Virus record (IMG/VR): IMGVR_UViG_3300048902_000276
Coordinates: 1-52,328 of that record
Reading direction: 5' to 3' (one strand)
DNA length: 52,328 bases
Origin: a virus
Lineage: Duplodnaviria > Caudoviricetes
Positions within the stretch are counted from its first letter, which is position 1, and every line of letters starts with the position of its first letter. The translations under genes and the position numbers were made by a program. Positions 1-8,870 of the stretch are shown here, in pieces. The notes below the pieces were generated by a model. It searched no databases. It was not told the DNA's origin and worked only from the letters and a program-made list of their open reading frames with translations.

Positions 1-206
1 CCCAGGCCTTCGACACCACGTCCCGCGACGAGATCGTGCAGAAGAAGGCCGAGATCGGCCGCATCACCCAGGCCGAAGAGATGTCCAAGTGGGGACATCT
101 GACGGTGCGGGTCGAGGGCGGCGTCGCCGCTCCGGTCGACGGTCACGTCTGCCCGGCCGACATGGCGAAGCTCGCCGTCGGCGCCTTGGTCAAGGTCTCG
201 CTGTAG
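1..206 (+). CDS. 3' part of hypothetical protein (truncated by window)
   Basis: Open frame from base 3 (QAFDTTSRDEIVQKKAE...VKVSL) to TAG at 204-206; strong GC3 bias. Confidence 0.65.
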   Translation, partial: QAFDTTSRDEIVQKKAEIGRITQAEEMSKWGHLTVRVEGGVAAPVDGHVCPADMAKLAVGALVKVSL

Positions 207-277
207 TCCTCGCCTCGGAGCGGTAAAGCAGCTCAGGGCGCAACCTCCATCCAACCTCGCACCCGGGAGAAAGAACG

Positions 278-724
278 ATGTCGATCTACACCGCAGTGGG
301 CACCCAGACGGCCGGTTCGGCGACCGCGCTGAACGTCATCGCGACGGCGGCCGTTCGGCCGCGCGTCCGTCGCTTCCGCTTCTCGAATCAGGGCACGGTC
401 TCCGTGGACAGCAACTTCGTCATGCAGACGAAGCGATGCACCACGGCGGGGACCTCGACGGCGGTCACGCCGGCGCCCAAGGACCCGAACGATCCCGCGT
501 CGACCTTCACGGCCGGCAGCGCGCACACGGCCGAGCCGACCTACACCGCGAGCACCACCGTCGAGGACGTCGGCGTCAACCCGCGCGGCATCTACGTGTG
601 GACGGCGGTCGATCCGGAGGACGAGATCATCATGCCGGCCACGGCTAGCAACGGCGTCGGGTTCTTCGTCAACGCGCTCGGCGGCGCCACCACGGTCCGC
701 GTCACCGCCGACGTCCGCCAGTAA
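278..724 (+). CDS. Probable virion structural protein, Thr/Ala-rich beta-strand type
   Basis: GGGAGA RBS; leader resembles that of the major capsid gene; strong codon bias; composition typical of virion beta-sandwich proteins. Confidence 0.55.
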   Translation: MSIYTAVGTQTAGSATALNVIATAAVRPRVRRFRFSNQGTVSVDSNFVMQTKRCTTAGTSTAVTPAPKDPNDPASTFTAGSAHTAEPTYTASTTVEDVGVNPRGIYVWTAVDPEDEIIMPATASNGVGFFVNALGGATTVRVTADVRQ

Positions 725-738
725 TCGGTTGCCCGCCG

Positions 739-1101
739 ATGCTCGACGTCGTCATCCCGATGCTGGACATGTCGCCCGCGTTGCGGGCCGTGTCCAGCTT
801 CGTCGCGGCTCATCCTCGGCTGCGCGAAGTGGGAACTCAGGCCATGGAGGCCGACATGGACAACGGCGGCGTGCTGAAGGCGCGCGCCATCCGAATTCAC
901 GTTGATGGCCTGCCGGACAGCGAGGACGTTTTCCTGTGCGACACGGACGGCGACGTCTGGGCCATCAAGGAAAACGGCGATCAGGGCGTGCTCTGCCTGT
1001 GCAGCTCGACGGCGACGCAGGCGGTGCGCGCGTTCAAGGCGATCTTGGGTCCGGTCGCGAGCGGGACGGTCGCGTCCGTGCCCGGTGGGATCATCGTCTG
1101 A
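739..1101 (+). CDS. Hypothetical protein
   Basis: ORF with GC3 bias; stop overlaps next ATG (TGATG). Confidence 0.65.
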   Translation: MLDVVIPMLDMSPALRAVSSFVAAHPRLREVGTQAMEADMDNGGVLKARAIRIHVDGLPDSEDVFLCDTDGDVWAIKENGDQGVLCLCSSTATQAVRAFKAILGPVASGTVASVPGGIIV

Positions 1102-1409
1102 TGGCGAAGCGAGGCCTGAAGCACGCGGGCGGCTTCGTCGAGATCTGGGGCGTCGATGGCGCGAAGGAAGAGCACGAGACGTTCACGTGCTGCCACTGCA
1201 ACAACCCCTTCAGAAAGCCCGGCCCGAACGACACGCAAGTCGGATTCTGCCGTCAGTGCTTCAGGGACGAATGCCTCGGCTGCGCGGTGAAGTTGAATGG
1301 CCGGTGCGTGGCGTTCGAGCGCCAGATCGACCAATACGAGAAGATGCAGCAGGGCAAGGACGCGGACGTGCGGATGCTCCAGGCGGCTGGCGTGCTGGTG
1401 GTGGTGTGA
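1101..1409 (+). CDS. Cys-rich putative Zn-finger protein
   Basis: MAKRGLK... with CCHC, CRQC, CLGC motifs; ATG coupled to upstream stop. Confidence 0.7.
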   Translation: MAKRGLKHAGGFVEIWGVDGAKEEHETFTCCHCNNPFRKPGPNDTQVGFCRQCFRDECLGCAVKLNGRCVAFERQIDQYEKMQQGKDADVRMLQAAGVLVVV

Positions 1410-1410
1410 C

Positions 1411-1785
1411 GTGCCTCAGGCCCGTGATCCGCGCGACGTCATCGTCGCCAAACAAGCCGCAGACCTAACCGATCTGAGCGTCGGCGACCAAATGCTGGTC
1501 GCCAATCTGTCGGCGTCGTGTGGCGACGTCGACTTCGATCCTCAGACGCAGCTGCCGCGCAAGCTGGGGTTGTTCTACGGATGGGGCTTGATTCAAGAGG
1601 GAGCGCAGGGCCGCGCGGTGATCAACCTGATGATCACGAAGGGCTTGACGGGGGCACAGGTCAAGGCGGCGTGCGCAGGATGGGTTCCCGTTACTCGGCG
1701 GGGTGGGCGCCAAACGAAGACGGTCGCCGACGTACTCGCGGCTGTTAACGCAACGGTCGCCGGAGCCAGCGTCGTCGGCCAATGA
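1411..1785 (+). CDS. Hypothetical protein
   Basis: GTG start 1 nt after upstream stop; ATGA overlap with next gene. Confidence 0.6.
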   Translation: MPQARDPRDVIVAKQAADLTDLSVGDQMLVANLSASCGDVDFDPQTQLPRKLGLFYGWGLIQEGAQGRAVINLMITKGLTGAQVKAACAGWVPVTRRGGRQTKTVADVLAAVNATVAGASVVGQ

Positions 1786-4028
1786 GCAAAAACTTCAAGA
1801 CCGTGACGGGTCCCGGCGGCGTGTTGCTGGACCCGAACGGTTTTTGGGAGAAGATCTCCGGGACGTTGCCGACGGTGCCGGACGACGGCATCGGAATGTG
1901 GGTCCGCCGCGAGGGAACGGGATACTCAGGGTTCGGCGGACGATGCCTCATATTTTTCTTCACGCCGAATGGGACGGCGAACGACGTCACGGTGTGGGTC
2001 GACTTCTCGACCCTGACGTACAAGCTGACGGTGCCGAGCGGCACTTACGACAGCGGCGTGTCGTCCACGCTGAATCAGTGGGACCATGTTGCGCTCGACG
2101 TCGACGGCAACGGCACGACCTCTGACGTTCGCCTGATCATCAACGGTACTGTCGGTGTCACGAGGACGGCGGAGGCGTTCTCGTGGCCGTCGTTGTTCGG
2201 TTTCTTTCTGGCGGCCGATTCGAACGCCTTCGACCCGGACAAGTTTGACGGCAGCATCGACGCGCCGATCGCGTACCAGGCGTCGCAGGGCTCGGGAGCT
2301 GCGAGCTTCTGGAATACCCAGCTAACGACGGGGTTCGCGCCCGTTGTCACCACGGCCGAGTACAGCTACGTGCGGATGGCTCCCGGTGGGAGTCCAACCG
2401 TTGATACGAGCGGTAACGGCAACGACTATACCGACAATGGTACTTCGCAGGATGGCGCATCGCCCGAGCCGACGTTTCCTACTGCGGCAACGATCGTCGA
2501 TCTCGCGCAGGCGGATGCGCAGGCGCGGCTCCGTAGGATCCGCGGCGATGCGTACTTCTCAGGGGTGATGCCGTCTATACCGGCGGCGCCGGCGGGCTCG
2601 GTGGCCTTCGTGGCGGCGGCCGAGCCGCGCGCGCGCGGCCGATCTCCGATGTCGTACGCAGACGTGATCCCGCCGATCTTCTCGAAGTCGACGGTGGAGG
2701 TGGCGCCGGTGGTGGCCATGGGGAGGCCGCGACCGCGCGGGCCATCCGATCGAGGCGATGTCGTACCCCCGCTGTTCCGCCTGCTGGGCGGCTTCGAGGA
2801 GGTCATCGCGTCGGCCTGGCCGAAACCGAAAGGCCCGAGCGACAAGGGCGACGTCGTCCCCCCGCTCTTCAGGTTGCTCGGGGGCTTCGAGCCGGTGCTG
2901 GCGCCAGGCTGGCCGCGCCCGCGGGGGCCGAGCGATCGCGGTGACGTCGTCCCGCCGCTGTTCCAGCTGCTGGGCGGGTTCGAGCCGGTGTTGGCTGGCG
3001 GCTGGCCCAGGCCTCGGGGACCGAGCGACCGCGGCGACGTGGTGCCGCCGCTGTTTGTCCGGCTGGGCGGCTTCGAGCCGGCGATCGCGCTCGGCTGGCC
3101 GCGCCCGCGCGGGCCTTCTGACCGGGGCGATGTGGTGCCGCCGCTCTTCCGCCTGCTGGGCGGCTATGAGCCGGTCGCCACGAGCTGGTGGCCGCGCCCG
3201 CGCGGGATCGGCGAGGGGACGCTGGTGCTGCGCTCGGTGGCGCTGCCGGGCCCGACCCCGTGGGGGCCCGATCTCGCGCTCGCGGCGCGCGCCTGGCGGC
3301 CGCCGGGCCTGGGGACGGTCTCGACGGACCCGCTGCGCTCGCCCGTGAACCCGGCGCCGACGGCGTGGGGCTACCCGCTGGGCGGCGATCCGGCGGCGCG
3401 CCGGCCGCGCGGGCAGGCCTTCGGCGCCGACCCGCTGCCGCCGGTGCTGGGGTTCGCGCCGAGCTTCGAGCTGGCGATCGCGCTCGCGCAGCGGGCGCCG
3501 CGCCCGCCGACGCCGGGCGACGCCCCCCTGGTGCCGCCGATCTTCCTGCCGGCGGGCTATGAGCAGGCGTCGGCCGAGCGCGGGCGCCAGTACCGCGGCG
3601 CGGCGGCGGGTCTCGAGGCCTTGGGCGCGGTGAAGGCGGCGCTCTGGGCCGAGCAGGCGATCGCCGATCGCGTCCTGCGTCGGATCGCGATGCCGGCGCC
3701 GGACATCCTGCCGGTGGCGCCGCCGCGCGGAATGCTGGTCGAGCCGGTGGAGGCGCGCCGAAGGCTGTGGCGGCCGCCGGCGCCGCCGGCGCCGGAGTCG
3801 CCGAGCTGGCGCTTTGGCCCGCCGCCGCCGGTGCTGCCGTGGGGATACGACACCTTCCGGGCAGACCGGATGCAGCCGAACCCGAAGCGGCTGATGATGG
3901 ACGCGGCGACGGCGGTCTTCCTGGCGATGTATCGTCAGCCGATCATCATGGTGCGCTCTGGGTCGACGAAGGCGGAGCGCGTGGACGGCAGTAGCGGCCC
4001 GACGCGGGCCGAGAAAGTCAGCCCATGA
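1782..4028 (+). CDS. LamG/concanavalin-A-like N-terminal domain plus Pro/Arg-rich repeat region; putative fibre or decoration protein
   Basis: WDHVALDVDG...VRLIINGT...FDGSID pattern typical of LamG-like domains, followed by 31-aa repeats. Confidence 0.6.
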   Translation: MSKNFKTVTGPGGVLLDPNGFWEKISGTLPTVPDDGIGMWVRREGTGYSGFGGRCLIFFFTPNGTANDVTVWVDFSTLTYKLTVPSGTYDSGVSSTLNQWDHVALDVDGNGTTSDVRLIINGTVGVTRTAEAFSWPSLFGFFLAADSNAFDPDKFDGSIDAPIAYQASQGSGAASFWNTQLTTGFAPVVTTAEYSYVRMAPGGSPTVDTSGNGNDYTDNGTSQDGASPEPTFPTAATIVDLAQADAQARLRRIRGDAYFSGVMPSIPAAPAGSVAFVAAAEPRARGRSPMSYADVIPPIFSKSTVEVAPVVAMGRPRPRGPSDRGDVVPPLFRLLGGFEEVIASAWPKPKGPSDKGDVVPPLFRLLGGFEPVLAPGWPRPRGPSDRGDVVPPLFQLLGGFEPVLAGGWPRPRGPSDRGDVVPPLFVRLGGFEPAIALGWPRPRGPSDRGDVVPPLFRLLGGYEPVATSWWPRPRGIGEGTLVLRSVALPGPTPWGPDLALAARAWRPPGLGTVSTDPLRSPVNPAPTAWGYPLGGDPAARRPRGQAFGADPLPPVLGFAPSFELAIALAQRAPRPPTPGDAPLVPPIFLPAGYEQASAERGRQYRGAAAGLEALGAVKAALWAEQAIADRVLRRIAMPAPDILPVAPPRGMLVEPVEARRRLWRPPAPPAPESPSWRFGPPPPVLPWGYDTFRADRMQPNPKRLMMDAATAVFLAMYRQPIIMVRSGSTKAERVDGSSGPTRAEKVSP
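2727..3206 (+). repeat. 93-bp (31-aa) tandem coding repeat, 5 full units plus 1 partial
   Basis: Units begin at 2727, 2820, 2913, 3006, 3099, 3192; consensus PRPRGPSDRGDVVPPLFRLLGGFEPVxAxxW. Confidence 0.95.
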
Positions 4029-4426
4029 CAGCGACGGTGCTCGACGAACCGGACATCCTCCTTGGCCCCGGAGACACGGCGCCGGTCTACACGCAGCGGC
4101 TCACTTGGGCGTCGGGCGATCCGATCAACCTGAACAGCGCCACGGGCTTCATCCGCGTGCAGCTCCGCTCGCGTAAGGAGGCCTTCTTCGACATCCCGAT
4201 GGCGCCGGTGGCGCAGCCGTTGCCGAACGATCCGAACCTCGGGCTCATCACGATCGACTTCAGCGGGCACACGAGCAACTTCGAGGCGGGCGAGAACTAC
4301 GACTACCGCTTCATCCTGCAGCTCGCGGGCGGCCGCCAGGCGAGCGTGCCGGACGGGCGTCTGCCCGACACGGGGCGCGAGTTCTACCTGCTGCGCGTCG
4401 CCGAAGACTTCGTCGTGGTGCCGTAG
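4025..4426 (+). CDS. BppU-N-like (baseplate upper/fibre adaptor) domain protein
   Basis: GDTxP...GDPINLNSAT...G.I.IDF...G.Y.Y.F pattern. Confidence 0.5.
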   Translation: MTATVLDEPDILLGPGDTAPVYTQRLTWASGDPINLNSATGFIRVQLRSRKEAFFDIPMAPVAQPLPNDPNLGLITIDFSGHTSNFEAGENYDYRFILQLAGGRQASVPDGRLPDTGREFYLLRVAEDFVVVP

Positions 4427-4427
4427 C

Positions 4428-5261
4428 GTGCGTCACTACGTGACGGCGTGCCGGGGCTGGCAGCTCCCTGTGCTGCTGGCCTCGATGGAGGCGCACTGCT
4501 CGCCGTTCATGCTGCACGTGCTGGCGTGGGACTGGGACCGCACGAGCGATTTCGGCCGGGCGAAGGTAACGACGCGCGCGCAGTTCCTCGAGCGCCACCC
4601 TGACTACGCGTCGGCGCGGCTGCCGGGCGGTCCCCGCCGCGTGATCGACGAGGTGGTGACGGCGCGCTGGCGGTTCGTCTGCGACGTCATGGCGGAGGTC
4701 GAGGCTCCGGTCACGATGATCGATGGCGACATCTGGTTTTGGTCGAGCCCCGCCGCCTACTTCGCCGAGGTGAAGGGCAAGCCGTTCGCGGTGACGCCCC
4801 ATCGCTTCGCGCCGGCTGCCGCGGGGCTGCCGGGCGTGCGGATGGAGACGCACCGGCAGTACGGCGCCTTCAACTCCGGCTTCACGTACTTCTCGGACAT
4901 GAACGCGGCCGAGCGCATGGCGGCCCTGAACTATGAGTGGTCGAGCACGGGCTTCCTCCGGCTGCCGAGCGGTCGCGAGATCTTTGGCGACCAGGGCTGG
5001 CTGGAGATGCTGGTCGACGAGCTGGGCGGGCACGTCGTGCAGCACGCGGGCGTCAACGTGGGCCCGTGGAACGTGCATGGCCGAGACGTCTACACCGGAG
5101 ATGGCGGGCAGCTGATGTACGGCGAGTGGCCCCTGGTCGCCTACCACTACTCGTCGTTTCGCTTGGGCGAGCAGGCGGCCAACCCTGAGTACCAGATCAC
5201 GGCGCAGCAGGAGTCGCTGCTATACACGCCCTACCGGGCCATCGTCGAACTGATGCGCTGA
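4428..5261 (+). CDS. GT-A fold glycosyltransferase
   Basis: DxD motif IDGDIWFWSSP, TPHRF, FNSGF, GDQGWL, NVGPWN, YHYS. Confidence 0.75.
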   Translation: MRHYVTACRGWQLPVLLASMEAHCSPFMLHVLAWDWDRTSDFGRAKVTTRAQFLERHPDYASARLPGGPRRVIDEVVTARWRFVCDVMAEVEAPVTMIDGDIWFWSSPAAYFAEVKGKPFAVTPHRFAPAAAGLPGVRMETHRQYGAFNSGFTYFSDMNAAERMAALNYEWSSTGFLRLPSGREIFGDQGWLEMLVDELGGHVVQHAGVNVGPWNVHGRDVYTGDGGQLMYGEWPLVAYHYSSFRLGEQAANPEYQITAQQESLLYTPYRAIVELMR

Positions 5262-5262
5262 C

Positions 5263-5290
5263 TTGCGCCGCGATACACACTGTGTATCAT
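5263..5290 (+). promoter_or_regulatory. sigma70-like promoter with 17-bp operator (copy 1)
   Basis: TTGCGC-16nt-TATCAT; palindrome GATACACA-C-TGTGTATC at 5272-5288; ATG 7 nt after -10. Confidence 0.7.
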
Positions 5291-5297
5291 CGCGCGC

Positions 5298-5963
5298 ATG
5301 GCACACATCAACTGCGATATACCCGCCTTCGACTGCTGGATCCGGAAGCCGTTCCTGTACGACGGAGACCATAGAGAGGAAGGCTTCGTCAGGGCCCGGG
5401 CGTTCGCGATCGCCTCGTTGCCCGGGCGGGCGGTTGGTTTCCACGTGATGACGGACGCCGGCGCTGTCATCTGGCGGATGCCGGTGCATGCCCTGGCCCT
5501 GCGTCAGGATGCTCCGCCGCGGCCGCTCGATCACCTGCAGCTCTGGCAGTGCCTCGACATCGACGTCGGCGTCTCCGAGCTCGGGTATCTCAGCGAGCGC
5601 CGCTGCATGGTCATCCTCAAGGACAAGACGCGCTTGGAGGGGAAGTACATGTTCACGATCGACTGGGGCGAGGGTGACGGCCGGCTGGCGGGCGACAGCG
5701 GTCACAAGTGCGGCCATGTCGTGGCGCTCGATGACGGCAACATCGCGATCCAGCCGAACAACCGGATGCTGTGGGCTGACCCGGCGACGATCACGAAGCC
5801 CTTCGCGGTGACGCCCGACTACAGGACGAACACGCGGATCTGGACGTGCGAGGGCAAGGCGCGTTGGGCGACAGAGGACAGCGACCAGATGTTCTATGGC
5901 GTACGGGAGAGCGCTGCGCCGTTCGGCGCCGATGGCTCGAAGACGGTGCGCGGGGCGAAGTGA
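5298..5963 (+). CDS. Conserved phage hypothetical protein
   Basis: IPAFDCWIRKPFLYD...SLPGRAVGF...LQLWQC...HKCGHV...IQPNNR resembles a family I recall from other phages; function unknown. Confidence 0.7.
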   Translation: MAHINCDIPAFDCWIRKPFLYDGDHREEGFVRARAFAIASLPGRAVGFHVMTDAGAVIWRMPVHALALRQDAPPRPLDHLQLWQCLDIDVGVSELGYLSERRCMVILKDKTRLEGKYMFTIDWGEGDGRLAGDSGHKCGHVVALDDGNIAIQPNNRMLWADPATITKPFAVTPDYRTNTRIWTCEGKARWATEDSDQMFYGVRESAAPFGADGSKTVRGAK

Positions 5964-6151
5964 ACCGCGACTACCTCATCCCGGCGGCGGTGGCGCTGTT
6001 CGCGGCTGCGGCGATTCTGCTGCTGGCACTCGGCTGCGGCGACGATCGTCCGCTGCCCATGACCGACTGCAACCCGGGGCTAGACGGCGGCCCGGCATAC
6101 TGCGAACGCACTGGCGGTGCCGTCCCGTCGTGCAAGGAGTGCCCACCGTGA
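5960..6151 (+). CDS. Small Cys-rich lipoprotein
   Basis: GTG start; hydrophobic signal ending LALG-C; four further Cys. Confidence 0.6.
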   Translation: MNRDYLIPAAVALFAAAAILLLALGCGDDRPLPMTDCNPGLDGGPAYCERTGGAVPSCKECPP

Positions 6152-6417
6152 CGACACCCGCCCCGCCCCCTCGAGACCCCTTCTACACGGACACGGCCGA
6201 CCCGGCGCGCGTGTTCCGCCAGATGTTCCCGCCGCTGATGTGGATCAAGGACGGCGACGATGAGGCGTGCCCGCCGCCGCTGCCGTGGCAGCTCTTCTCG
6301 GTGCGCGAGGACCTCCGGCTGCTCACGCGGAAGGTCGACTCGCCGATCATCCTCGCGGGCGTAGCGCTCGAGGCGGTCGCCAAACTGCGCGGCACGTTCG
6401 GCAGGGGCGGACGATGA
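6148..6417 (+). CDS. Hypothetical protein
   Basis: GTGA/ATGA overlaps at both ends; AGGAG upstream. Confidence 0.55.
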   Translation: MTTPAPPPRDPFYTDTADPARVFRQMFPPLMWIKDGDDEACPPPLPWQLFSVREDLRLLTRKVDSPIILAGVALEAVAKLRGTFGRGGR

Positions 6418-6842
6418 CGCGTTTGCGGCATCCCGTCGACGGCATGCCATCCCCGGCGGCGCTGAAGCAGTCGCTGGAGACGGAGGTGGTTAGCGTGCTC
6501 GGCTACACGGAGCCGGGTCTGGCCACGTGGGTCAACGATGGCCTGATCGGCGTCTCGATCCGCCCGATGGAGACGAGGGTCATCATCCGCGGCAGCGTCT
6601 ACATTTCGCCCGCGATGGATGTGCGCCAGGGACAGCCCGTCATCGCCTTCGACGACGGCAAGCTCGGCGCTGGGCGCGCGGGCAAGGGCCGGCGCCTGGT
6701 CAAGGGCGCGCGCTGGGGCTCAACGGCGAAGGCCTGGAGCATCGCCCTGCTCCACCTCAGCGGCATCGGCGCGAACAAGCGGACGCCCAAGGTGGCGAAG
6801 AAAGGTCCTCGGAGGAGGGCGGCTGGTTCCCCTGGCCGCTGA
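6414..6842 (+). CDS. Hypothetical basic protein
   Basis: ATGA-coupled ORF, GC3 bias. Confidence 0.6.
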   Translation: MTRLRHPVDGMPSPAALKQSLETEVVSVLGYTEPGLATWVNDGLIGVSIRPMETRVIIRGSVYISPAMDVRQGQPVIAFDDGKLGAGRAGKGRRLVKGARWGSTAKAWSIALLHLSGIGANKRTPKVAKKGPRRRAAGSPGR

Positions 6843-6983
6843 GTGACACGCCCGGCCGGTGGCGTGGATCTCCTCATGAGCGAACCGGCGGACGACGAGG
6901 GGGCGGTGGCGCAGCGTGACCTCCAGCGCTGCCGCCCCCCGGCGGGCCTTACTGGTAGGGTGGAGGTCAAAACGGAGGAACCG

Positions 6984-7541
6984 ATGCAACGATCTCGCGC
7001 AACGTTCGGAGAGAAAGCAGCGCTCTACATCGCCATCTTCGCAGGCCTCAGCACGGTCGGCGTCATCATCCACGGCTGCGCGACCGCCCAGAAGGCAGGC
7101 GGCGCCGTGGTCGCTGTCGTGCGCCCCTGCGCCGACCAGGTGACGGCGGCCGAGCGCCAGGACGCGGTTGACGCCGTGTTCACGAACGCCGACCCCAAGG
7201 ACGCCAAGGCCGCGTTGACCACCATCGGCGAGCAGGTGGGCCTGTGCGTGGCGCGCGCGCTGTTCGGCGAGCTGGCCGACGAGCTGGCCAAGCTCACGGG
7301 CGTCAAGCTGGCCGCGCCGAGCGGCGTGACGACGGAGATGGGCATCCAGCGGCTGCAGTCGTGGCTGGCGGAGCACGCGGGCGACGGCGGCGCCGCCGAC
7401 AGGTCCCCGCCCCGCGGCCGCCGGCTGGCTGGCCCGCGCTACGCGGCGAGCTCCGGGGCGCTGCGCGCGAAGCTGCAAGAGGTCTTGGGGCAGCGGCCGT
7501 CGCCGTTCATCCCGGCGTCACCGCGGCGCGCGCCGGCGTAG
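6984..7541 (+). CDS. Putative lipoprotein
   Basis: GGAGG RBS; hydrophobic stretch ending IIHG-C. Confidence 0.6.
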   Translation: MQRSRATFGEKAALYIAIFAGLSTVGVIIHGCATAQKAGGAVVAVVRPCADQVTAAERQDAVDAVFTNADPKDAKAALTTIGEQVGLCVARALFGELADELAKLTGVKLAAPSGVTTEMGIQRLQSWLAEHAGDGGAADRSPPRGRRLAGPRYAASSGALRAKLQEVLGQRPSPFIPASPRRAPA

Positions 7542-7575
7542 GCGCCCCCGCCCCGAAGCTGTTCAACCAAAAGAA

Positions 7576-8289
7576 GGGCCGGCTTCCCCTTCCACCGCTC
7601 CGTCGGGCTCGAGACTGGCGGGAGACGCCCGGCGTAGCGGCCGCCCTGATCAGGCGGTGCGCGCGGCGGGCGGAGGTGGGAGGGGAGCCGGCCCGCCGTG
7701 TTTTGACGCGCTGGTGTCAGCCCCTCGGCCTTGGTCGACATCACACAAACAACGGGGGTACCACAGGCGGTTGAGAGCCGTGGCACCCCCCTCAGCCAAG
7801 AGTCTCAGCCGCGGCCTTCGTCAGGATAGCGGCCCAGCGCTCGGCGACTCGACACGGCAGATCGTGCCAGCTCACCCAGCTCTGCGCAAGGCCCCCTCGG
7901 CTGGAGGTGCCGGTGGGGTAGGGGGGCATTGTTCCTGTTTCGGGACCTCGTTTGAGGGGGAGGATGGTCCCTAGATCACGGGCGGGGCTCGCGCGCGTAA
8001 GGGATGTAGGACATGTCCGTCTGGGGCAACGAATCGGATATGGGTCGGCGCCGGCTGGCGATCGGGGGCCAGATCGCGGAGGATGGGCGGCTGTTCATGT
8101 CCGATCGCCAGCGCAAGACCCAGCGGCCCGTGGGGGCGAGCTGTGCCGGGACCGACCCACCCTCGTCGGGGGCATGGGTAGCGCTGCAGCGGCGGCGCGC
8201 AGGGGCGGTCCTGTGATGCGACAAGCGCAGCGAGCGGCCTGACCGTAACCGAAGAGGCCCGGACGCGTCCTGTGCTCCCGGTTCGGGAG
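7576..8289. ncRNA. Candidate large structured non-coding element (ncRNA or origin)
   Basis: No codon-biased ORF; many nested inverted repeats (7576-7596/7675-7694, 7754-7790, 8041-8048/8152-8159, 8054-8065/8101-8112). Confidence 0.4.
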
Positions 8290-8317
8290 TCTGGGAAGCC
8301 CCCGCTTTTGGCTGCGG

Positions 8318-8345
8318 TTGCGCTTCGACATACGTTGTGTATCAT
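8318..8345 (+). promoter_or_regulatory. sigma70-like promoter with operator (copy 2)
   Basis: TTGCGC-16nt-TATCAT; GACATACGTTGTGTATC at 8327-8343. Confidence 0.7.
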
Positions 8346-8366
8346 CGCGGGTTGGAGGTCACGACG

Positions 8367-8867
8367 ATGACGAACAACGTGATGAGAGCGGTCGAGATCG
8401 TAGCGAGGCGCCTGAAGGACGTGGAGAAGAGCAACGACTCCATGGTCTGCAAGGCAGAGGGCATGCTGCAGGTGGCTCTGGAGGCGATGGAAGGCGCTGC
8501 GAATCTGCTCGGGGATGACCAGGCTGAGCCGGCGGCGGCGCTCGTCTTGACGGGTGTCGCCGGGGTTCCGCCGGAGGACATCGTCGCGCCGCTTCCCGGT
8601 GCGGAGGCGCCGGGCCTGTTCATCGCGGCGCTCATCTTGGACGAACCGAGAGAAGCTGGCACGCCGACGAAGGCCGACCATCTCTGGATCGACGAGTCGG
8701 ACGACATTTCTATCCACCGCACGTTTGAGGCGGCCGCGGCGCGCGCGCGCAAGTCAGCTGAGGAGAATCCGGGGGACGCCGGCTATCCCGTCATACGCAA
8801 GGGCGTCGTCGCCAAGGTGGTGCGGTCATTCGGCGCAACGAAGACGATCGTAGTCGAGGAGGCCTGA
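8367..8867 (+). CDS. Hypothetical protein
   Basis: GGAGG at 8354-8358 before ATG 8367. Confidence 0.7.
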   Translation: MTNNVMRAVEIVARRLKDVEKSNDSMVCKAEGMLQVALEAMEGAANLLGDDQAEPAAALVLTGVAGVPPEDIVAPLPGAEAPGLFIAALILDEPREAGTPTKADHLWIDESDDISIHRTFEAAAARARKSAEENPGDAGYPVIRKGVVAKVVRSFGATKTIVVEEA

Positions 8868-8870
8868 GCC

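Noticed and set aside
2727-3206. 93-bp repeats as a CRISPR array; RGD motif as integrin ligand
   Set aside because: Repeats are in-frame, contiguous and lack unique spacers; RGD is likely incidental in a bacteriophage protein.
7542-8317. tRNA, tmRNA or self-splicing intron
   Set aside because: No T-loop/CCA cloverleaf, tag reading frame or intron catalytic motifs recognised by eye.
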